Below, one piece after another: positions 56,001-64,000 of a DNA stretch of 64,000 nucleotides (positions within the stretch are counted from its first letter, which is position 1; each line of letters starts with the position of its first letter). The notes under the pieces were generated by a model. That model ran no database searches. It worked only from the letters and a program-made list of their open reading frames with translations, and was not told the origin of the DNA. Source of the DNA: an uncultured Planctomycetota bacterium (lineage in GTDB: Bacteria; Planctomycetota; Planctomycetia; Isosphaerales; Isosphaeraceae); NCBI GenBank assembly GCA_963823665.1, contig CAWGMQ010000004.1:2592001-2656000 (forward strand), in the 5' to 3' direction. The translations under genes were made by a program, and so were the position numbers.

Positions 56001-56845
56001 TCGGCTATGCGGAGGAGCATGGTGTGGTGCTTGACTTCGGTGATCAACTCAGCCGGTACGGAGCGGGTGACCGGCTCGTGTTGTGCCTGGCAGGCTGGGT
56101 GGAGTATCCGTATTCGCAGACGAATTACGCGGCGGCGACGGCTGGCGTGGTGCTCAAGGCGCCGACGATCGAGCGACTTCTTGGCGATGGGAAATGGAAG
56201 ATGATCGAGCCGCACGCGGGGTATCCGGCGGGGCTGCCGCGGCTGATGACGGTCGATCTCACGGGCAAACTGGGCGGTCCGCGGTGCGTGCTGCGAATCA
56301 AGACGAATATGGAATGCTACTACGACCAGGCGTTCATTGCGGTGCGCGATCCAGAGGCGGAGAAGGCGCTTCGGGTGACATCGCTGCCGGTCGCGCGGGC
56401 GGTGCTCGCATATCGCGGTTATGTGCGCGAGGTTTCACCGGACGGAAAGCTACCGCGGCTGTATGACTACGATCAGGTTGATCCCGCGCCGCTGGCCCGG
56501 CTGCGTGGCAAGCTGACGCGGTTTGGAGATGTTTTGCGGCTGTTGCAAGCGGATGACGACCAGCTTTGCCTGGTTGGCCCGGGTGACGAGCTTCGGGTGG
56601 AATTCTCGGCGTCGGGCCTTGCGGATCTGCCGCGGGGCTGGACGCGGAGCTACGTCCTGCGCAGCGTTGGTTATTGCAAGGACGCCGATCCGTTCACGGC
56701 CGGAAGCGACACGGTCGAGCCGCTGCCCTGGCGCGAGATGCCGGCTTATCCGTTCGGCCGGGAGGTCAGGCGCAGGCGTGATACGGCGTATGAGTCGTAT
56801 CTGCGGATGTATCAAACCCGGCTGGCCGGGGGCGAGCATCCATGA
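53076..56845 (+). CDS. TPR + FG-GAP + ASPIC/UnbV protein, paralog 1 (frameshift near 53098)
   Basis: TPRs, DxDxDGxxD repeats, NSHAIGARV, FVLGLG...VVWPDG, SCPVLFTWDG. Confidence 0.88.
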
Positions 56846-56877
56846 TGAGAAGGACGCGATGGGGGCGGAGACACGCA

Positions 56878-56904
56878 CTTTCGCGGAGCGAAAGGCGACA
56901 CTGG
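56878..56904 (+). repeat. REP-like hairpin CTTTCGCGGAGCGAAAGGCGACAC
   Basis: Same unit occurs four times at 60817-61002. Confidence 0.8.
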
Positions 56905-56968
56905 GGCGAGTGCGAATTTGTCTGTTCATTCGGATCGGAATCATTTCATTCGTTCGAGGAACTGCGTC

Positions 56969-59900
56969 ATGCGATTGCGACTTAATGCGCGCTGGGGGCT
57001 CGTCGCGGTGACGGCGATCGGGTTTCTGGTTGTTTCGGCGTGCGGGACCAAGGAGCCTGAACCGGGGGCAAGCGGGCCGAAGGCAGCGGAACAGCGTGTC
57101 GAGCCGAGCAAGCTGAAGGATGAGATTCCCGGGGGTGAGCTGGCGGCGGTGCTGGCGGCGCATTACGCGGGGCTCGGGCACATGGAGCGGTACGAGTACC
57201 GGGAGGCGGTCGAGGCGTTTCGCTCGGTACAGAAGCGAGCGCCGGGGTGGATTCCGGGGGCGATCAACCTGGCGATTGCGCTGCTCAACGACAGCGGGGT
57301 CAAGGTGGAGCAAGCCAAGAAGGCGGGGGGGGCCCCGTCTGCCGCCAATTTCGACGAGGCGCTTGGGCTGCTGGCGGGAGTGCTGAAACGAGACGCCAAC
57401 AATCCCTATGCCCATTTTTGCCGGGGGATCATGCTCGAGCAGCTCGGCAATATTGCCGAGGCGCATGACCACTTCAATCGCGTGACGGAGATTGACCCGA
57501 ACGACGCGGCTGGCTGGTACTGGATGGGCGCCACGCTTCCCGAGGCGACTCGGGACGCGCCGGATCCCGAAACGCGGATGAAGGCGCTCAAGGAGAAATC
57601 GAAGGAAGAGATGGCGTATTTCAAGAAGGCACTCGAGCTCAATCCTTACTTGACGCCGGCTGTTTATCGCTATGCGATGGCTGCTCGTTTGGCGACAGGA
57701 ATGAAGGAAAGCTCGGAGTGGTTTGCGAAGTGGAAACGGATGAACCCCGATCAGGATCCGTCGGTGGCGGCACCTGGGCCGGGCGATATCCTCGACAAAA
57801 AGTATGGGGATATGGGGCGATATGGGACCATCGTGAACCCGTTGCCCGAGCTGGGGAAGGTTGAAACGAGCGAGGTACCCGGGCCGCGGTTCGAGGCGGC
57901 TCGGCCGCTGGACGTGAAACTCGCTGAAGGCGAGCGATGGGCGAACTACGCGGATCTCAGGGGCAAGGCTGAGGTGACCGGGTGGGCACGCGGTCGTTTT
58001 GGCCCCGGGATCTCGGCGTTTGACGCTGATGGGGACGGAAAGCTCGACATTTATCTGACGTCGGCCGTGATCGGAGCAAGCGGCATTCGAGACATCTTGC
58101 TGCTCAACAAGGGCGAGGGGCGGTTTACGGATGGCTCGGCGGCGTTCGGGCTGGCGAAGGACCGGGGCAGCATCGGCGTCGCTGCGGCCGACTTTGATGC
58201 GGACAAGCATATTGATCTGTTTCTGACGGGGGTGGGCGGGAACCGTCTGCTGCGCAACATCGAGGACAAGCGATTTGAGGATATTTCCGCGGTTCTCAAG
58301 CCGGCGGGGGTGTCAGCTTTGTCGCTCATGGCGCGGTGGGTGGATATCGATCAGGATGGTGATCTCGATCTTTATGTCGTGAATTACTGCGCTGCGGCGG
58401 ATGCGGAGAAGGCGGCGAGTGGGGTAGTGGGCGTCGTGAATTCGGTCTATCGCAATGACGGGGAGGCGCCGGCTGATGCGGCGGCTGCTACGATCCAGGC
58501 GCGAGCGCCGGCGGCAACGGCGTACGGGCGGAAGACCGAGAAAGGACTGTCGATTGCGCTTGTGCCATGGCCGCGGGCCGAAGCGCTGCTGGGCGGTACG
58601 AGAGCGCACACCGGTATGGCCGTCCTCGACATCGACAATGATCGTGATCTCGACTTTGTGCTATCGGCCGACAAGAGCCCGCTGGTGGCGATCTTGAATG
58701 ACAGGCTGGGGGCATTTCACGAGGCTGCGATCGAGGGCGTTGCTGTTAATGAAACCCCAGCGGGGCTGCTGACCGTGCACCTCGATGCGGATGGGCGCGC
58801 GGACGTGGTGGCGTTCAACGGGCTCGGGCAGGCACAGGCGTGGCGGAATGTGACGGAGCGTGCGACTGCGGATAAGACCAGGATCCGATTCGAATCGTGG
58901 CCGATTGATAGTGACCCCTGGACCACGGGGCAGGCGGTCGATCTGGATCTGGATGGGCGAACTGATCTGCTTGGCGATTCGCACTTGCCGAAGAAGAGTG
59001 TGCACGATCCGGAGAGTCTTGCGGAATGGAGCCGTAATGATGGGCGGCGGTTCGTGAAAGGCTGGCTTGAACAACCGGTGGAAGCTTCACGGACTACATC
59101 GGGCGTGCTTGCGGCTGATCTGGTTGGTGATCCGTTGCCGGACATTTTGAGGCTAGGGCCGGGTGAAGGCCCGGTCCTGGCGCGGAACCTGGGAAACGGG
59201 CAGCACTGGGTGTCGCTGAAGCTGGGGGGATACTGGCGGGTGAAGCCCGAGTTCATGCGAACGAATCCGCATGGGATTGGAACGCGGGTGACGCTCGAGG
59301 GGCAGGGGTTGTTTGTGCCGTACGATCACACGACACCGGAGTCGGGGCTCGGGCAGTCGGTCGCGCCGATTGTGCTGGGGATGGGGGCATCGCAACATGC
59401 GGATCTTGTGCATTTGCGGTGGCCGGATGGTGTGATGCAGTGCGAGCTTTCTCAGGCGGCCGATCAGATGGTGGATATGGCGGAGAACAACCGCAAGACG
59501 GGTAGTTGCCCAGTGCTTTTCACGTGGGACGGTAAGCGCTATGTCTGCATTGGTGATTTTCTAGGCGGCGGAGGCATGGGGTACCTGGTTGCGCCGGGAG
59601 TTTACAGTCAGCCGGACCGGGATGAGGCGATGGCGATCACCGCGGAGCAACTTCGGGAGAGCGAAGGCGTGTACCGGTTGTCGATCACGGAGCCGATGGA
59701 CGAGATTGCGTATCTTGATCACCTGAGGCTCGACGTGGTGGACCGGCCGCCGGGGGTGTCATCGACGCCTGATGAGCGATTTGCTCCGGAAGGGCCGCGG
59801 CCGACCGGGGAGGTGATTGCGTGGCGCAGGGCAGTTGAGGCCAAGCGGGCGACCGATTTGAGCGGTCGTGACGTGACCGAGACCCTGCGGCTTCTGGGAC

Positions 59901-60785
59901 CGGCGGACGGTTGATGGGTTTCGGAAGCTGAAGGGGTGGATTGGTTATGCCGAGGAGCATGGGATCGTCCTCGACTTCGGTGGTCGGCTGAGTGGATATG
60001 GAGCGGGTGATCCACTCGTGCTGTGCCTGGCCGGATGGGTGGAATATCCGTATTCGCAGACGAACTATGCGGCGGCGACGGCGGGAGTGACGCTGCGGGC
60101 GCCGGTGATCGAGCGGCTGGAGGCGGATGGACTCTGGAAGGCGATTGAGCCGAATGCGGGGTATCCGGCGGGGCTGCCGCGGATGATGACGGTGGACTTG
60201 ACCGGGAAATTAAGTGGTGCGCGGTGCGTGCTGCGGATCAGGACGAATATGGAATGTTATTACGACCAGGCGTTCATTGCGGTGCGAGACCGAGCGGCTG
60301 AGAAGGCGGTGCGGGTGAAGTCGCTGGGGGTGGCACGGGCGGTGCTGGGGTATCGGGGGTATACACGGGAGGTTTCTCCGGACGGAGAGCAGCCACTTTT
60401 ATATGATTATGATCATGTTGATCCGGCTCCCCTGGCCCGGCTTTCGGGCAAGCTCACGCGGTTTGGCGATGTGGCAGCGCTGTTGCAGAAGGATGACGAC
60501 CAGCTTTGTTTGGTGGGTCCGGGGGATGAGGTTCGGGTGGAATTCGCGGCGGGTGAGGTACCTGAGTTGGCTTCGGGGTGGACTCGGAGTTATGTGCTTC
60601 GCAGCTTTGGTTACTGCAAGGATGCGGACCCGTTCACGGCGGGGGGAGATTCGGTTGAGCCGCTGCCGTGGCGGGGGATGCCGGCGTATCCGTTTGCAGG
60701 GGATGTCAGGCGGCCGAGTGATGCGGGTTATGAGTTGTATTTGCGGACTTATCAAACTCGGGCGGCGGGAGGGGAGCATCCTTGA
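56969..60785 (+). CDS. TPR + FG-GAP + ASPIC/UnbV lipoprotein, paralog 2 (frameshift near 59890)
   Basis: Lipobox-like VVSA-C; colinear similarity to paralog 1 through AGGEHP stop; ORFs 56918-59914 and 60018-60785. Confidence 0.88.
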
Positions 60786-63025
60786 TGCACAGGACGGGAT
60801 GGGGGGACAAGGCGGACTTTCGCGGAGCGAAAGGCGACACTGGAGTTGGGGGCGCGGACTTTTGCGGAGCGAAAGGCGACGCTGGGGCGCGTGCAGCCCT
60901 GGGGGGTGCGGTTGGACGTTGCGCGGAGAAGACCCTTCGCGGAGCGAAGGGCGACACTGGGTATGACAAGGCGGACTTTCGCGGAGCGAAAGGCGACACT
61001 GGGGCGGGGGCGGCATTGAGGAGGGCGATTGGGGTTTGCGCTTCGGTGTTTGTGCTTCTTCGGGGTGCGGCGGGGATTGCGGATGAGCCCGATCGGCTTG
61101 TCCGTTCGGCGGGGAGTGGGCGATGGTCGGAGGGGGCCACCTGGGAGGGGAGGAGGGTGCCGGGAGCGGGGGAGCGGGTGCAGGTGCGGGCGGGGCATGT
61201 CGTGACTTATGACGTCAAGACGAGCGAGGCAATCCGGTCGATTCATGTGGCTGGGGTGCTGCGGTTCGATCCCGAGCGCGACACCCGGCTTGACGTGGGG
61301 TTGATCAAGATCCAGGCGGGCGATGATGCGGGTGAATCGGGGTTTGACTGCGAGGAGCACGTGCAGGGCGTGGCTTCGGAGGCGGAGCGGGCGGTTCTTG
61401 AAGTCGGCACGGCTGCGCGGCCGATCGAGGCGGGACACACCGCGCTCATCCGACTCGCGCTCGTCAAAGGGCTCGATCCGGAGAACTGCCCGGCGATTGT
61501 TTGTTGCGGCGGCCGGATGGATTTTCACGGCGCGGAGCTGAGCCGCACGTGGGTGAAGCTCGCAGGGCCGGCGATCAGGGGAGCGACAACCGTATCACTA
61601 GCCGAGCCGGTGAAGGGCTGGCGGGCGGGGGACCGGATCATCGTCACTTCGACACGCAAGCAGAAGGCGCCTGACGAGGGCGATTACCCGAGCGCTCCAG
61701 CGAAGCTCGAGACAGAGGAGCGCACGATCCGCTCGATCGACGGGACGAGCGTTGTTCTGAATTTCCCGCTGGCCTATCCACATGCAGCAGAGGGCGATTT
61801 TCGCGGAGAGGTTGCAAACCTGAGCCGGAACGTGGTGGTGGAGTCGGCCGATCCGGGGGTTTCACGCGGACATACGATGTATCACCGGTATTCGTCGGGC
61901 TCGATCTCGTATGCCGAGTTCCGCAAGCTTGGAAAAACCGGAAAGCTGGGAAAATACAGCCTGCATTTTCATCGCGTGGGGGACACGATGCGGGGCTCGT
62001 CCGTGGTGGGGGCATCGATCTGGGAGAGCGGGAACCGCTGGCTGACAATTCACGGGACGAACTCGCTCGTGGTGCGGGACTGCGTGGGATATCGCTCGGT
62101 GGGGCATGGGTTTTTCCTGGAGGACGGGACGGAGGTTGAGAACATTCTGGACGGCAATCTGGCCGTGCAGGCATTTCAGGGGTCACCACTCAAAGGACAG
62201 GTGTTCTCATTCGACCGTAACGAGGGGGCAGGGTTCTGGTGGGCGAACAGTTTGAACGCTTTTATGAGGAACGTGGCGGTCGAATGCGACCAGTATGGTT
62301 TTCGATACGAGGCACCGCTGGCCGAGGGGTTTGATGGGACGCTCACGGTGCGGGACGCGGACGGCGGGAGGCGCCGGGTGGATATCCGGACATTGCCGTT
62401 CCTACGCTGCGAGGACAACGAGGCTCATTCGCAACGACGTTATGGGTTCAATCTGGGGGGTGGTCCGGGGGTGGGCGGCTCAGGCGGGGTGCTCGATGCG
62501 GGGCCGGACAAGCGGCATCCGTTTGTGATCCGCGGGCTGCGGGTGTGGGAAACCCACTGGGCGGTGGCGCCGTCGGCGCCGGGTGTGCTGATCGACAACC
62601 TGGAGATTTACCGATGTGATTTCGGTTTGTGGCGCCCGCATTACGACCGACATGCTTATCGGAACGTGAATGTGCGCCGGACGAACTGGGCGTATTATTC
62701 GGAAACGGGGAACAGGCCGGATCCGCGGGCGTTTCCAGCGCCGCTGGAGCCAGTGGATGACCGGGCGCCGGTGACGGTGATGACGTACGTGGGGCCGCTC
62801 GAGAACGGCCGGCTCGTCGTGCGCGGGGCGGCGGCCGACGGCGGGGCGATCCGGGCGGTACGGGTCAACGGCGCGACGGCGCGGGCGCTTGGGCCGAATT
62901 ACTCGCAGTGGGAGGTGGTTCTCGAACGGGTTGCTCCGGGGGCACTGGAGCTGGTTGCGGTTTCGGAGGACGAGGCGGGGAATGTTGAAAAAAATCCACA
63001 TCGGATGTCGATTGTGGTGCGGTGA
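60785..63025 (+). CDS. G8 domain protein with parallel beta-helix repeats
   Basis: SGRWSEGATW...VQVRAGHVVTYD, IHVAGVLRF, EVANLSRNV, GKYSLHFH, HGFFLEDGTE. Confidence 0.85.
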   Translation: MHRTGWGDKADFRGAKGDTGVGGADFCGAKGDAGARAALGGAVGRCAEKTLRGAKGDTGYDKADFRGAKGDTGAGAALRRAIGVCASVFVLLRGAAGIADEPDRLVRSAGSGRWSEGATWEGRRVPGAGERVQVRAGHVVTYDVKTSEAIRSIHVAGVLRFDPERDTRLDVGLIKIQAGDDAGESGFDCEEHVQGVASEAERAVLEVGTAARPIEAGHTALIRLALVKGLDPENCPAIVCCGGRMDFHGAELSRTWVKLAGPAIRGATTVSLAEPVKGWRAGDRIIVTSTRKQKAPDEGDYPSAPAKLETEERTIRSIDGTSVVLNFPLAYPHAAEGDFRGEVANLSRNVVVESADPGVSRGHTMYHRYSSGSISYAEFRKLGKTGKLGKYSLHFHRVGDTMRGSSVVGASIWESGNRWLTIHGTNSLVVRDCVGYRSVGHGFFLEDGTEVENILDGNLAVQAFQGSPLKGQVFSFDRNEGAGFWWANSLNAFMRNVAVECDQYGFRYEAPLAEGFDGTLTVRDADGGRRRVDIRTLPFLRCEDNEAHSQRRYGFNLGGGPGVGGSGGVLDAGPDKRHPFVIRGLRVWETHWAVAPSAPGVLIDNLEIYRCDFGLWRPHYDRHAYRNVNVRRTNWAYYSETGNRPDPRAFPAPLEPVDDRAPVTVMTYVGPLENGRLVVRGAAADGGAIRAVRVNGATARALGPNYSQWEVVLERVAPGALELVAVSEDEAGNVEKNPHRMSIVVR
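60817..61002 (+). repeat. Four REP-like hairpins in frame with the G8 ORF N-terminus
   Basis: CTTTCGCGGAGCGAAAGGCGACACTGG variants, each read as (F/L)(R/C)GAKGD. Confidence 0.85.
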
Positions 63026-63045
63026 GGGGGGGGTTTGGGGGACGT

Positions 63046-63211
63046 AGACCTTCGGTCGGAGTGTGGGCGGGGTCAGGAGACCCGCGCCCAACTTCGGGGA
63101 GTGTGGGCGGGGTCAGGAGACCCGCGCCCAACTTCGGGGAGTGCGGGCGGGGTCTGGAGACCCGCGCCCAGCTTTGGGGAGTGCGGGCGGCACACGGAGT
63201 GTGCCTGCTAC
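63046..63211 (+). repeat. Mosaic REP cluster: three 40-bp tandem units fused to a GTAG REP
   Basis: GGAGTG(T/C)GGGCGGGGTC(A/T)GGAGACCCGCGCCCA x3, then CGGCACACGGAGTGTGCCTGCTAC. Confidence 0.88.
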
Positions 63212-63344
63212 AGGGGACGGCGGGGCGGTTCTAATTCCGAATAACTACGTTGCAGACGCGCACACGGTTGGATATTCTTCATAAACTCATCGAATTGCAG
63301 GTATTCAAACGTACTAAATCCCGGGCGGAAGCGGAGTCGCAGCG

Positions 63345-64000
63345 ATGCGGGGTCGGACATGGACTTGGGTCGCGGTTCGGAATTGCGCGATCACGGGGCT
63401 CTGGTGCCTGGGTGTGAGCGTGTGCGTGCTGCCGCGGGAGGCCCGGGCACAATGGGCCGCGTATGGGCGCAATGCCGCAGCACACTGCGCTTGCGGCGGG
63501 GCCGTCGCAGCTTCCGCTTGTCGTCCGATGGCAGACGCCGGTCGATCTTGATCCGCAGTATTCGGGGACTGATCTGCTGATCCATTACGGATCGCCGGCG
63601 ATCACGGCGGCCAACACCATCATCGTGCCGGTGAAGACCGGTGCGAACGGCGGGTTCTCGGTGAAGGGGATCAACGCCACGACGGGGGCGCTCATCTGGA
63701 CGATGACGACCGACTACGTGCTGCCCTCGCACAACTGGACACCTCCGATGGGACTTACGCTCACGCCCGGGGATGAATCGATCGTGGTTCCCGGGGCGGG
63801 CGGCACGATTCTGGTGCGGACCAAGCCGAACGTCACGCAGAACGCGAACCCGACCAGGCTGGCTTTCTACGGAGTCAAGTACTACAACCAGGACCCCGAG
63901 GCGTTCAACAGCGTGATCCAGATTTGCACACCAATTACGTCTGATAACTCGGGCAATGTGTACTTCGGCTACCTTTCGAGCGGGGGGGCACTGCCGGGCT
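63345..64000 (+). CDS. Secreted PQQ-like beta-propeller protein, partial (runs off window; frameshift near 63475)
   Basis: Signal peptide, AQWAAYGRNA.H, WQTPVDL...HYGSPAIT, GALIWT, DNSGNVYFG. Confidence 0.7.

Noticed and set aside
63059..63180. 40-bp periodic repeat as a CRISPR array
   Set aside because: No unique spacers, no cas genes, and the unit matches a dispersed REP family
3808..64000. Widespread frameshifts as mass pseudogenisation or programmed frameshifting
   Set aside because: They affect ordinary genes (HDAC, PfpI, ECF, GT39) as scattered 1-nt indels without premature in-frame stops or slippery motifs; long-read error is the simpler explanation

Overview
High-GC Planctomycete-like DNA (Isosphaeraceae-type gene content: 'LESLEPRVLLS' extracellular domains, Ser/Thr kinase-WD40 fusions, planctomycete ECF sigma factor, ASPIC/UnbV proteins). 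Many genes, including ordinary ones, carry single-base frameshifts, most simply explained by long-read indel errors. Layout: (1) 0.4-12.7 kb accessory region with two paralogous kinase-WD40 genes, a large adhesin-like protein and two decayed tRNA-Leu(UAA) att-like copies; (2) 13-27.7 kb core block with Uma2, parB-parA-pncB-GT39, three parS sites, HDAC, tRNA-Glu, PfpI, csrA, ECF sigma, two tRNA-Arg, SDR and a membrane kinase; (3) 27.7-50.9 kb patchwork of intact genes and gene fragments, including a probable selenocysteine peroxiredoxin (in-frame UGA in a U-P-Y-C motif plus SECIS-like hairpin), an orphan hicB, and an 'STGPRT..NALKHG' hypothetical gene with a 66-bp-period repeat and a distant 53-bp near-identical palindromic copy; (4) 51-64 kb TPR protein, nitrilase, a tandem duplication of TPR/FG-GAP/ASPIC genes whose junction lies at a REP element, a G8 protein and a partial beta-propeller gene. 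Several distinct REP-like families occur. No integrase, transposase, Cas or RT gene was recognised.
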